A stretch of DNA of 63,196 bases, filler included, from Stramenopiles sp. TOSAG23-3 (taxonomy: Eukaryota), in the NCBI GenBank assembly GCA_900128585.1. It is 7 parts of 7 records of this genome, joined end to end, with 100 filler letters (N's around TTAATTAATTAA, not from the genome) between each part and the next. Parts side by side here need not be neighbours in the genome. Positions count along the whole stretch, not along the records: positions 1 to 11,886 come from LT642721.1; positions 11,987 to 23,849 come from LT642722.1; 5 more parts are not named here. One strand, given 5' to 3'. The notes beneath the pieces are model-generated. The model was not told the origin of the DNA and made no database searches. It was given only the letters and a program-made list of their open reading frames with translations. Position numbers and translations under genes: made by a program. This document shows, one piece after another, positions 9,344 through 20,497 of the stretch; the first letter of the stretch is position 1; every line of letters starts with the position of its first letter.

Positions 9344-10921
9344 TCAATCTTCATCGGCCATGTCGGCCCATGAACTAGAAACGCGCCGTTCTATCGCTGG
9401 GGGAGGTTTTGGTTTTGCCCCCTCGGTGCCAGCATCACCCGGGTTCTCCACGTATGTTTCCTTTCCCGCGTCGGCGTCCTCTGCTGTTGCTGCCTGCTTT
9501 GCCTCTTTCCTTTTCTCTGCTCGGGCCTTAAACTTCTCTCTTCTGTCAATCGCTTCGTCGATCAGCTTATTTGCCTCGTCAATATTTTCACGAGTACCAA
9601 CAATGTAGCACTTCGTCGCATTTTTTGCAATCCTTATTGTTGCGCCGCTCTCCGCCTGGATACTCCTGATATTTTTTCCCTCCCGCCCCACTACTGCGGA
9701 TACGGCTTCTCCGAGCTCTCGCTCCTCCTTCAATTCTCCGGGCTTCACCTCCACCAAAGGCTCGGAGGCAGTTTCCAACAACTTCATAATCATCGCCTCT
9801 GCCTTCAAAACATTGTTCTTCGTTCCCATGATAACCATGGTCGCCGGCGCGTCCTTGTTCTCGGAACTGTTCGCTCGCTTTAGCTTCAGACGGGCGTTGC
9901 TCTCCAACTCAACGGCACGGATGCGAGCGCCGCCCTTTCCCATCACAGCCCCAATACGATCCGTCGGTATCGCAACCCTCCGCTCGAACGAAATATCTCG
10001 CATTAGGGTCTCCACCAGGGCTTTTCCTCTCTTCACGGCGGTCTCCTCCCCGGCAATGGTCACGCTGTTGGTCTCACGATCGACAATGAACGATGCCCCG
10101 CACTGGTCTTCCAGCCTTCGGATAGTGGATCCTTTGATACCAATGAGGGCAAGTCGGTTCTGCTGCGTTTTCAAATCAATCGTTTCCTTGTAAGCGTTCT
10201 CCAAGTCTTTCCCTTTGTCGCCCGCCTTCATGGACTCAAGCACCTTTCCCTTGGCTTCCTCTACCTGCCGGGGAAGCCCCTTAATGACCACTTCCCGCGG
10301 GGGGCCCGCGCTGATGCTCAGCCGCGCTCCCGTTTCCTTCTCGATTTTTTTAATGTTCGCGCCCGCCTTTCCCACTAGGCGGCCTACGTCCGAGTCATCT
10401 ATTGGGATAGATTCGACAACCCTCTCCGGGCGGGACGGCTTTTTCTCTGGGCTCTTCGATGGCGACGGGGCCCTGGGCGTCTTCGGGCGCTTTTGCACAG
10501 TGCTCCACGCTTCGCCGTCGTCAATCGGCTCTTCCATTTTTTGGACGCTGCTTTCCGGGGCGCGCTCAGCCTTCGATTTTTTCTTCGATTTTTTCTTGTT
10601 GGGTTTGCTGTCGGTTTTGGCGGCGCCTGTTTTGCTGGGTGCCGACCCTTCGGGAGCCCGGGTCGGCTCCTTTCCCTTGGTATCTTTCTTCTCGCGCTTC
10701 CCGCTCGCCGCCACGGGTTTCTGTTTCTTCTTTTTTTTCGGACTGTTTTTCTTTTTGGAGGGGGCTGAGTTAGAGGATGCCCGATTCGCGGTATTGCCCT
10801 TGCTCTTCTCCACGGCCTCGTCGTCTTCAACCTTTGTTGAGCGGGAGCATATTGCACCAAGTGCCAGGGTCCCAATACTGCAGGCAGCAAGGGTAATCAA
10901 AACCACAGTTTCCTGCTCCAT
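9344..10921 (-). CDS. Membrane-anchored multi-KH-domain RNA-binding protein
   Basis: N-terminal hydrophobic anchor, a Lys-rich linker and four KH GxxG motifs (LVGKAGANIK, LIGIKGSTIR, VMGKGGARIR, VVGREGKNIR). Confidence 0.88.
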   Translation of the reverse strand: MEQETVVLITLAACSIGTLALGAICSRSTKVEDDEAVEKSKGNTANRASSNSAPSKKKNSPKKKKKQKPVAASGKREKKDTKGKEPTRAPEGSAPSKTGAAKTDSKPNKKKSKKKSKAERAPESSVQKMEEPIDDGEAWSTVQKRPKTPRAPSPSKSPEKKPSRPERVVESIPIDDSDVGRLVGKAGANIKKIEKETGARLSISAGPPREVVIKGLPRQVEEAKGKVLESMKAGDKGKDLENAYKETIDLKTQQNRLALIGIKGSTIRRLEDQCGASFIVDRETNSVTIAGEETAVKRGKALVETLMRDISFERRVAIPTDRIGAVMGKGGARIRAVELESNARLKLKRANSSENKDAPATMVIMGTKNNVLKAEAMIMKLLETASEPLVEVKPGELKEERELGEAVSAVVGREGKNIRSIQAESGATIRIAKNATKCYIVGTRENIDEANKLIDEAIDRREKFKARAEKRKEAKQAATAEDADAGKETYVENPGDAGTEGAKPKPPPAIERRVSSSWADMADED

Positions 10922-11283
10922 CTTCTACAAAAGGGAATGCACGTTTTCAAAATTGTGTTATTAATGAACGGTTAAAATTCTTGCTAATAAAATGAACGTC
11001 TCCTGTTCCTTTTTTTTTTTACCTATTCTATTTTTTTAAATTCCTTTTCTTTCTCTTTATAAAATGTTCGTGCGTAGCTAAGCTGTAGTAGAAAAGATAA
11101 AACTATTATGATATATAAAATTCTATTATTATTATTACCTTTGTTTTATATATAATCCTCCTCCTCCTCTTCTTCTCGTATAATACCAAGAAGAAGAGGT
11201 GGTACCGTCGGATTAAATAATAATATACCGTAGTAGGTATTATTAGAAATAATTATTATCTTCTTCTTCATTTAAAAGAAGCT

Positions 11284-11324
<41 letters not shown>

Positions 11325-11886
11325 AGATGATATTTAATAAATAATAAGTTCCCTCCTTGGTATTCCTACTATANNNNNNNNNNNTAATATATGGTATTCC
11401 GTGGATATATTTGTACTATTTATTATCTTGATGATCTGATCATCCACACGAGACGCGAAGGAACAACAACGAGAGGAGACGAGAGAGAGGCTTACTAGAC
11501 TATTATTTTATTTATATTAGATTAGACTACGTTGTTATACTTTATAGTAATTATATATGCCAGACAACTAACAAATATAAACGAAGACGACCAATACATA
11601 ACTAGACTAATAACAATAGGATATACCCCACCCCTCTTTTTTCTATTTTCTTTGTTCAGTTGTATTTCTTTCTCTCTCCTTTTTTTAATAGAATGTGTAT
11701 CTGTACAATCCACGGAATATAAATAATGTACGTACACTCCATCATCAATTGGTGTGTGGGATGAGGTGGGGTGGGGTGGGGTGGGGTGGGGGGGTGACCT
11801 TCCTTTCTTTCATTATCTTCTGTCTCCATCATCACATCCTCGTATAAATTAATTAAATATCTTCTATTATACAGTAAGTAGTATAA

Positions 11887-11986
11887 NNNNNNNNNNNNNN
11901 NNNNNNNNNNNNNNNNNNNNNNNNNNNNNNTTAATTAATTAANNNNNNNNNNNNNNNNNNNNNNNNNNNNNNNNNNNNNNNNNNNN
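11887..11986. other. Artificial contig linker (N44-TTAATTAATTAA-N44)
   Basis: Identical 100-nt spacer with stops in all six frames. It recurs at 23850-23949, 35779-35878, 47657-47756, 59529-59628 and 61363-61462. Confidence 0.97.
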
Positions 11987-11987
11987 C

Positions 11988-14900
11988 GTTAATGTGACGC
12001 TACTAGCAGCGACGTCGCACCCAGCCACATCTTCGTGCAAGGTTGCGCCAGCATCGATCAGTTTCCCAGCAGGCTGGAATGGCACAAACGTGCCTGTTCA
12101 GATAGATGTCAGTGGGAATAATATCGACGAGGGAACGGACGAAGAGGTTTTCACGTGTATTGTATTGCACACAGTCAGATCCACCGATATGCAGTACGCT
12201 TTCAGCCCATCTCGATCATTAATGATTAGCGTGATAAACGATGACACAGCTGATCTGAATTTGTGGACTGTCTCGGATATAGACGAATCCTATGAATACA
12301 AAGTTAAATTCTTATCTTTCTACAACTTAGAGGGAGGAAGTTTCAAGTATGGCATGCGCTTGGAATCAGAACCTCTATGGCCTGTGCGTATCGAGCCGAA
12401 AATAGCCATAAGGAATCCTGAAAATATTTTGTTCCCGCCCATTTTACTTGTGGAGCCAAAGTATATTGTTTTCGGGCAATCAAATTGGAGTGTGCATCAA
12501 CTCCTTACGTATTCTAGTATTCCCGATTACGTGGACAACGATATTTGCAGATTTGACATTACTCACAATATAATCACTGACGATAATGTCTTAAGTACAA
12601 AGCTTGCCGCCAAAGAACTGAAAGTCGTTGTTAATGCGGCTGATGATGACACTGCCAAATTGATAGTAGAATCAAAGCAAATTATACTGAAGGAAGCTGG
12701 TGATCTTGAGACCATCCAAATCACTGGTCTTACTTCCGAACCAACCTTTGACGTGAACATTACGGTTGAAACTTCTCCTTCGATACAAGCGAGCTCAAAT
12801 CCAGTGATAAAGAGAAAAGAATGGAACAATTTTTCACAAACGATTGAACTGTACGCTCTTCAAGGAGCTCCAGCGGGTAGCGCTGTGATCCGCCTTCAAC
12901 CAAGAAGTCAAGATCCAAAATACAACTTTTCCGAGGCTGGAATTTCGTTGGATGTTGTTGTGTTGGTAGCCAACCCCCCAGCGCTGATCGGAATCCCCCA
13001 GGTAGCGAGTCTTAATGAAGGGGATTCGTTGTTATATCAAATAAAATTGTCAACAGAGCCTAGTGACGTGGTAAAAATCTTTGTGTCATCAGCTAAATGC
13101 AATGTAAAGGTCGAAATAGTGTTCAATAAAAATAACTTTGATGTTCAGGTCCCCGTGATCATCCTGACAAAAAGTCGCGCATTCGCAACTGCAAAGACAT
13201 CGCTAGTGGGCATGTGCAACGTTTTTCATCGGGTGGAAAGCAACGATCCTGACTATGCAATTATTCCTGATCAAATGCTACCAATTGACATCATCAGCAA
13301 AGGGTGCGGAGTCGGTGAGTATTTTGGCACCTACAACCGTACCAATGGTACCGAATGCATCTGTGGCCCGCAATATTACAAGCCGCCCTTAGAAGATTGT
13401 TCCCAATGTCCTGAGAATGGTCTTATCTGTGACAGAGCTGGGATTAAGACACCCGCTGTCGCACGAGACTACTGGCGCCACGATCCTACGTCTCCAAATT
13501 TTGAAGAGTATCCAATATACGAATGCATCATTCCAGATTCATGCGTAGGTGGAAATTCAACGAAAGGGAGATGCGCAGCAGGGTACGATGGCTCCGCCCC
13601 AATATGTGCCGTATGTGCGAGAGACTACGTGTTTCAACAGGGGATTTGTTTCCCTTGCGAAGGATACATAGCTGGAGGTATCACTTCTCCTACACCACAG
13701 ATGCTGCAGGGGGCTTTGGTGTGCATGTTTTTGGGGATGGCGTTCATATACTATTATTTCACCCTTCCCGCGTTGACTCGTGAAGAAGAGAATGATTTGC
13801 GCATTAAACTGAGTACCCTAGATATCGAAGCTCTGTTTGAAAAGAAGAAGAAACTAAATTTGTTAGCATTTAGTCATTTGGTGGATGCCGAATTGACCGA
13901 TTGTCATTGACAAGGACAAGAATGGAAATATCTCCAAGACGGAGTTGATAGACTACACCACCGACGATGGAACGATCGATATAGATGAATTGCAGGAAGG
14001 GAGGGCCGACCTAAAGGATAGACAAGAAAATGTAGCAGATGCGGTGGCCACCCTAGGGACTGCCATGGTCAAATTCAAGATCTTGTTAACGTACGTCCAA
14101 TGCATGAGCTTTCTCCCAGTAGTTTTCGAATTACCGTTTCCAAAGACCATGACACATATGATGAAACTATTGGAGTTTTCTTCGCTAGATATTTATTCCT
14201 TCTTTGGAGAAGTTTCGTGCCACATGCAAACGACATTTAAGCAAAAGTTTGTCTTTCACATGCTTCTCTTTCCTGTGATTTGCGCGTGTGTGGGAACCGT
14301 TTGGAAGCTTATCCTATTGAGGGAGAAACACCTAGGAAAGTATTTTGAACCGAACTTCACCAGGGAAAGTATGAAGACACGTCTTTATACGTTTGCTTTG
14401 CTGCTTGCGTTTGGTCTGTATGCGGGTCTATCTACAAAAATCTTCAGATTGTTCAAATGCAAAAAAGTCCAAGGGCGTTTCTATTTGGTAGCAGATTACT
14501 CGGTAGAATGCTACGTCGGTACTTGGTGGAATTACGGCGGCGTAGCTATCCTGTGCATCATAATATATGTGATCGGCGTCCCTGTCGTTCAATTCTACGC
14601 ACTTCTGAAAAATCGGCACCACCTGCACGAGACCTCCGCGCTAGATCAGCAGTCGCATCGACTGGTGAAGAAACAGTTTGGGTCTCTGTACGATAACTAC
14701 ACCGAAGATTGTTTTTACTTTGAAATGGTCAATATGTTTCGCAAATTGATGATGACTGGTGGTCTTATCCTTGTAGGCGAACAATCGGCGGTACAAGCTT
14801 TGTTGGGGATACTTACCTGCACCGTTTGGCTTGTCCTGGTAGCGGCGAAATTCCCCTACAAAGCGTATTGGGATAACATGTTGGAAATTGCGCTTTCGTT

Positions 14901-15612
14901 TGGTCTTCTGATGTCTCTGATTAGTGGTTTCGCGTTGGAATTGTTCAAGTCAAAAGAAACCGATGGATACGAGCAGGTTGCGTTTGATATCTTGCTGGTG
15001 CTGATGATTTTCGGCTGTATCTCAGCTGGGATATTTGCTCTTGTTATTACACTTCCGTTTTGCAGGACTTGTTTTATCAAATATGCGATGAAGGGGAGGA
15101 TTCAAACGAAAAGAAATCTGATGAACGAGTGGTTCATAAAATACCTCCTTATTGTGAAATGGCTTCCTGAGGAAGAAATACAACGCAATTTTAAATCGTT
15201 TGGAGAGCAATTGGAAAACGAAGCAAATCGAAGGATGCAACAGTCGCAAAAGAAGAAGCGAATGTCCAAAATCTATCCTACGAAAAAGACAACTCTAGAT
15301 GCCATTGTGAAGATTGTGAAGACCAAAATGTTGGCAAAGAAACGACAAAAATTATTGGCAATTCGCAAAGTTATGCTACCAGCTTCTGGTAATAAAAAGA
15401 AGGCGAGTTTGAAATCGTTGGGAAGTTTGGTGAAGGAGCATGTCCGATCAAAATTTAGACAAAGACACATGCACACCATGGAGGTAAATCGTATCCACGA
15501 AGACCGAGAGAAACAGAGCCATCATCTTAGGAGGAAACAAGAAGAGATGAACGACTTGAAGGTACAGAAGAAAAAGAAATTAGAGGAGAGATTAAAGTCG
15601 AGAAAAAAATGA
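11988..15612 (+). CDS. Large cell-surface multi-pass membrane protein (Calx-beta-like repeats, Cys-rich region, EF-hand, multi-TM C-terminus); 5' truncated, frame break near 13900
   Basis: ORF 11994..13910 carries INDD/ADDD Calx-like motifs, CSQCP..C, C..GY.G..PICAVC and a TM segment. The +1 frame, open from 13897, gives IDKDKNGNISKTEL, KFKILLTYVQCMS, LVADYSVECY and FGSLYDNY...YFEMVNMFRKLMM. Confidence 0.8.
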
Positions 15613-15644
15613 TATGGGTAAAGTATTTTTTAGCTTTACACAAA

Positions 15645-15722
<78 letters not shown>

Positions 15723-15773
15723 NNNNNNNNNNNNNNNNNNNNNNNNNNNNNNNNNNNNNNNNNNNNNNNNNNN

Positions 15774-15809
<36 letters not shown>

Positions 15810-15814
15810 TCGAC

Positions 15815-15850
<36 letters not shown>

Positions 15851-15865
15851 TTCTTTCTTCTTCTT
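15645..15865. repeat. (TTTC)n microsatellite spanning an assembly gap
   Basis: Directly visible. Confidence 0.9.
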
Positions 15866-16362
15866 AATTATTATGTCGCTTAAACATTTTAATACATCAT
15901 AGCATTTGTGGGAAAGGAGGAGGAAAAAAGAAGCGAGAAGAAAAGACAAAATTACAGAACCAAGTTAGGATTAGGGTACGACGAAGCTAAATTTAATTAC
16001 TTAAATAATATATAATAACAGCCAATTTTCTTGTTTTATTTTTTTAGAAAAGACAAAAACAACAACAAACAACATTTTATTATTTTTGATGATGTTATGT
16101 GAATGATGATATGATATGATAACAACAACACAACAACAACAACAACACCACGCGCTGAATTAATAATAATGAAAAGAAGAAGTAATTTATCTGTCTCATG
16201 GAATACCAAACTGTACATCGATCCTATACTACCAAAATGTGGTGGTTACACACATCGAGACTTTATCCTTCATGGTCTGCAAATTCGCTCCTCCATTCGC
16301 ACGTCCATAAAACGTTTACAGAACGACACTAATAGTGCTGTTAAAGAACTGTATGTAGCAGT

Positions 16363-17082
16363 ATGTCAGCCGAGATCCAGGTCCCGCTCATGAGTGTTCG
16401 GTCCGGCGAACCGTCTTCCGACCGCACCGGCGCCTTTTTCGGGCCGCAGGACCGCAAAGTGTCGACGAAAACGGCATGGTTATTCGTGGTGCTTGCGGCC
16501 GTCGCCGCCGCAGGCATTACTGTGGCGATTATGTTGAGCGTAGGCTTTCATCTACCTGACGGGGCCGTTGGGGCAGGTGGCCAAGGCGCGATGCGCGTTC
16601 TCGTCCTCAACGGGCTGGGCTTGGACGTTCGCGGACAGACCGAGGCAAGCCGCCTTAAATTTGGCAGCTCTGCAGTGTACAGCGACTACGTGAAGATTGC
16701 GAAAGACAGCGCGCGAGAGCTCGGGGTCGAGGTTGAGGTTCGGCAGAGTAACAACGAAGCTGAGTTCGTGCACTGGGTACGGACGGCAGCCCAGGAGGGC
16801 TTCGATGCGATGCTGATGAACCCGTCGGGCTTCCTGAAGAGCGCCGCAGTAGGTGCAGCGGTGGGAGAGGTGGGAATGCCCTTTTTCGAGGTGCACTACT
16901 CGAACGTTCTGGCAAAAGGTTTGGTGACGACGGTCGGCCAAAACTCCACAGGCGTCTTCTACGGGAATAAACTGCTCAGCTACCGCTACGCTCTCATTGG
17001 GGCAGCAGCTACTGACACAAAGAAGTGGACGCAGTTCGACTACCCACCATCATCCTCAATAACTAGTAAATTGCTTGGGTAG
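16363..17082 (+). CDS. Divergent type II 3-dehydroquinate dehydratase-like protein with an N-terminal transmembrane helix
   Basis: MRVLVLNG, QSNNEAEFV, MLMNPSG and FFEVHYSN match the AroQ fold motifs. They are preceded by the TM segment AWLFVVLAAVAAAGITVAIMLSVGF. Confidence 0.8.
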   Translation: MSAEIQVPLMSVRSGEPSSDRTGAFFGPQDRKVSTKTAWLFVVLAAVAAAGITVAIMLSVGFHLPDGAVGAGGQGAMRVLVLNGLGLDVRGQTEASRLKFGSSAVYSDYVKIAKDSARELGVEVEVRQSNNEAEFVHWVRTAAQEGFDAMLMNPSGFLKSAAVGAAVGEVGMPFFEVHYSNVLAKGLVTTVGQNSTGVFYGNKLLSYRYALIGAAATDTKKWTQFDYPPSSSITSKLLG

Positions 17083-17240
17083 CAGTTCTTTCTTCTGTGA
17101 TCCGAAGTCCGGGCCCGATCCTTCCGTCTTCGTACATTAATAATTTAAATCCCAAGCAAGAGGAACAAACCTGAAATGTATTATAGTGGCTTATGCCATA
17201 GATACTGTAGTAGAAGTATTTAAAATTTTCTTGTTTTTAG

Positions 17241-17643
17241 TATTATGTTGAATTTCGTTCACAATTTCAGTTATTGAAAAAACAAATTATTGAGAATCCA
17301 GGGTTTGAAACAACAATGAAAATGAAACCTTTGAAAAATGAATTAGTTGTTTCGATTAAAGATATTAAATTCTACCAAATATATTTCAGAATTATCATTG
17401 TACATTGATGTTATTTTACGAATGAGTCAAAAACCTAAAAGTATTTTGTTACAATCCGCAAAACTAAAGAAAATGAAAATAAAATCATCGGATCTGAAAA
17501 TACAAGATGATGTAGATACAGTTGTAACAGAATTATATAAACCAACCGAAGAAGTCAAAGAAGAAGAAGAAGAAGAAGAACATGATGGACAACAGGGAAT
17601 AGAATTAGATGATGCGGATTATTATGAAGATGAGAAACCATGA
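17241..17643 (+). pseudogene. AT-rich frameshifted gene fragment, possibly giant-virus derived
   Basis: The frame from 17241 (EFRSQFQLLKKQIIENPGFETTMKMKPLKNELVVSIKDI) joins ORF 17347 (NSTKYISELSLYIDVILRMSQKPK...) if one A is removed at about 17367. Codon usage is unlike the neighbouring host genes. Confidence 0.4.
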
Positions 17644-18338
17644 TTAATTAAGGATATATATATATATGAAATGTTTTATACTGTGTGTATGTAAAAGAGG
17701 TATATTTTCTCACTTTTTTAATTCTATTTAGTTTTATTAATAGGAAAGTCCTAATACGTATATACACATAGCCTTATCATAACAAATGGTCTCACATCGT
17801 TATCCCTAAACACATTTCCTTACTTATAGTTTGCTTGTCTTTCTTCTTCTTCTTCTTTTCCTTTTTCTTCTTCTTCTTCTTCCTCTTTGTCCTTCTTCTT
17901 TGTTGTTGTTGCTTCTCTTCTTTTCTTCTTCTTCTTCTTCGTTCTTTTCTTTCTTCTTCTTTTCTCTTCTTCTTCTCTTTCTTCTTTTTTTTGGCAAGAG
18001 TAGTTGTTGTCATCATAAAGAAGAAGAAGTAAAAAAAAATGTTTTTTCCATTTTATTTGATGAAAAAATATAAAATAAATAATAATAATATTATATTGTT
18101 TGCGTTCTATGTTGTTTGTTGGTGATATTATGTTTCAAAATGGTGGATGGTTTGGGGATTGTTTAGCTTATGCGGAGGATTGAGGAGGATTTGTACAGCC
18201 AACGGCGTGTCAATGTTCAATTTGTTTCTTTTCTTTTTCAGACGTCATTTATAAGCAAGCACAGGACTTTGGCACCTACCCTCACAGTTGAAAGCGGCGT
18301 TCCTTTTTTCTTTCTCTTTCTCGTTGCTGCCCAATAGC

Positions 18339-19229
18339 ATGTTAGGAATTTTTGCACCGAAAGTGTGTGTTCGTAGGTCGACCCGGTGGGCGTCGTTCCT
18401 TGGGACACTGGGTTCGGCACGGAGCCCTCTGCATCAGAATCTGGCGGCTTTCTTTAACCCGGACCATAGTTACCATCGTTCTCGACAACTTTCGGAGGAG
18501 CATACTAGCAGGCCCATTCGTGCGAACAAAGCGGTCGCAAAACTTTTGAAAATTTCTCGGCGAGAGGCGGAGAAGTACTTGACTGGAAAGCGTGTACAGA
18601 AAAACGGGGTGACCATCAGCAACCTGGCAACGTCCATCGACCTTGCAAACGATAAGGTGGCCGTGGATGGAAAGGTGTTGAAGGAGGCGAAGGAAAGGGT
18701 TCTTAAAGAACGCCCTCGCCTGTGGCTTTGCCATAAATACGCAGGCGAGTTGGTGACAATGGACGATCCGCAACAACGCCCGACCATCTTCCAGCGTTTG
18801 GAAAGGCTGGGCCTTCCAGCAGGGTTAAAGTCGGTGGGACGTTTAGATTACAACACGTCTGGGCTAATATTGTTTACAAACGACGGCCAATTGAAACGGG
18901 CGCTCGAGCACCCCAAAGCGTCCCGGCTTACGCGGAAATACCGCGTAAAAGTAAAGGGGAAAATCCGTCGATCCTGGCTCAGTTTCTTGCGCTCTGGGGC
19001 CAAGATAAAAGGGATTCAATACCGACCGATCCGTGTAAAAATCGTAAAAGAAGGGAAACCATATAGCCATTTAGAGGTTGAACTGAACGAGGGAAAGAAG
19101 AACGAGGTACGCCGTGTTCTATCCGCTGGTGGTATGTTTGTCAACGAACTCAAACGCATTGAATTTGGACCTTACAATTTAAAAAACCTAAAACCGGGAA
19201 GTGCCATAGAGGTGAAGCTTCGTCATTAA
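18339..19229 (+). CDS. RsuA/RluB-family rRNA pseudouridine synthase, probably mitochondrion-targeted
   Basis: S4 domain (SRREAEKYL..RVQKNG), HKYAGELVTMDDPQQRPTI, the catalytic GRLDYNTSGLILFTNDG and EGKKNEVRR. The N-terminus from ATG 18339 is Arg/Ser-rich and poor in acidic residues. Confidence 0.92.
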   Translation: MLGIFAPKVCVRRSTRWASFLGTLGSARSPLHQNLAAFFNPDHSYHRSRQLSEEHTSRPIRANKAVAKLLKISRREAEKYLTGKRVQKNGVTISNLATSIDLANDKVAVDGKVLKEAKERVLKERPRLWLCHKYAGELVTMDDPQQRPTIFQRLERLGLPAGLKSVGRLDYNTSGLILFTNDGQLKRALEHPKASRLTRKYRVKVKGKIRRSWLSFLRSGAKIKGIQYRPIRVKIVKEGKPYSHLEVELNEGKKNEVRRVLSAGGMFVNELKRIEFGPYNLKNLKPGSAIEVKLRH

Positions 19230-20497
19230 CGAAGTACGTTGGTACCTCAAACGCTTCGATTGAATTTGAATTTCGGACCTTCCAATTTAAAAAACTTAAA
19301 ACCCGAAAGTGCCATCTATATTAAAAGATGAACGACTATATATTTTATAACTATAAAAAAGGGAAGTTTGAAGTTCATTCTTCTTCCTTTTTTTTTTCTT
19401 CTTCTTATTATTCTTCTTTTTCTTCTTCTTCTTCTTCTTCTTCTTCTTCTTCTTCTTCTTCTTTCTTCTTCTTCTTCTTCTTCCTTTCTTCTTCTTCTTC
19501 CTTTCTTCCTTTCTTCTTTCTTCTTCTTCTTCTTCTTCTCTTCTTTTTTTGTCGTAACATTACCCTAACCTTAACCCTAAAATACAAAGAAAGAGAAAGG
19601 AGGAGTTTAGTCCCAAAGAAAGAAAGAAATTAAATAAAAAAAGGGGGGGGTTATGTATTAATATAGAAATAGCACTGAACTACTATATTCTATATAGTAT
19701 ACTATATTTAGATAGAATATTTATATAATAATAATAGTATTATAAATAGGTATTTGTATTGTATTCATTATAATTCTAAGTTATTAAGTACAGAAGGACT
19801 GTCCAATTCGTTAATTAAGCGAAGAAAGAGCGAAGAGGGAAGAAACAGGGAATAGCAAGGGAACTTCAAACGAAAGTCTTGCTTTATGGTATAATTGTAG
19901 TCTAAATAGTACTTGACCCTATATATAGGGTGAAGCTTTAAAGAAAGAAAGAGAAGCCACCTAAAATTAAGGAAATGTATTTTTGTTGGATAATAGTATG
20001 GGACCCTTTTTGATGCTAAGTCTATCTATTTGTATGGATTTATATGAAATCATTTCTTGATATTTCATAATAACTAAATAGAATTGAAAAAATGATAAAA
20101 TATACATCTTTTACATATGAATAGCATATATATATATTTCCTTAATATTTGATTATTTGGTCCAGCTCTTCTTTGCTTTGTCCTTCTTCTTCTTCGTTCT
20201 TCTTCGAGGAGAAGAAAGAAAGAAGAAATAATTAATAATAATAATAATAAAAAAATAAAAATTAATTAAAAAAAGAATGTGAGTGAGGAAAAGAACTAAT
20301 GGATCAATTAGTTAGATAAGTCGGTCGGTGTGCGTGTGTTTTGTCCTTTTGTGAAATGATTTTGAAGAAGTCATCTTCGATTGTGCGTTCGTTTGTTCGT
20401 TCGTTTCTTCTTGTTGTTGTTACAAAACAATACAATATTGTTCCTACGTTAGCGCTTGCTGTTCTTGTTCTTGTGCTTGTTGTCGAGCGAGTGAGAA

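Noticed and set aside
11931-11942. Recurrent TTAATTAATTAA palindrome at roughly 11.9-kb spacing
   Set aside because: It is always flanked by exactly 44 N on each side, so it is a synthetic six-frame stop linker and not a biological repeat or CRISPR.
13908-13910. TGA ending ORF 11994..13910 as a second possible Sec codon
   Set aside because: In-frame readthrough gives no meaningful sequence and soon stops. The protein continues in the +1 frame, and no SECIS was noticed downstream.
17792-18073. Poly-Lys/Phe/Leu/Ser ORFs here and at about 15527-15949, 19328-19633, 26135-26413 and 35420-35728
   Set aside because: They are translations of (CTT)n, (TTTC)n and (GA)n microsatellites.
19561-19581. 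Telomere-like taccctaaccttaaccctaaa
   Set aside because: Only two or three imperfect units, internal to a contig.
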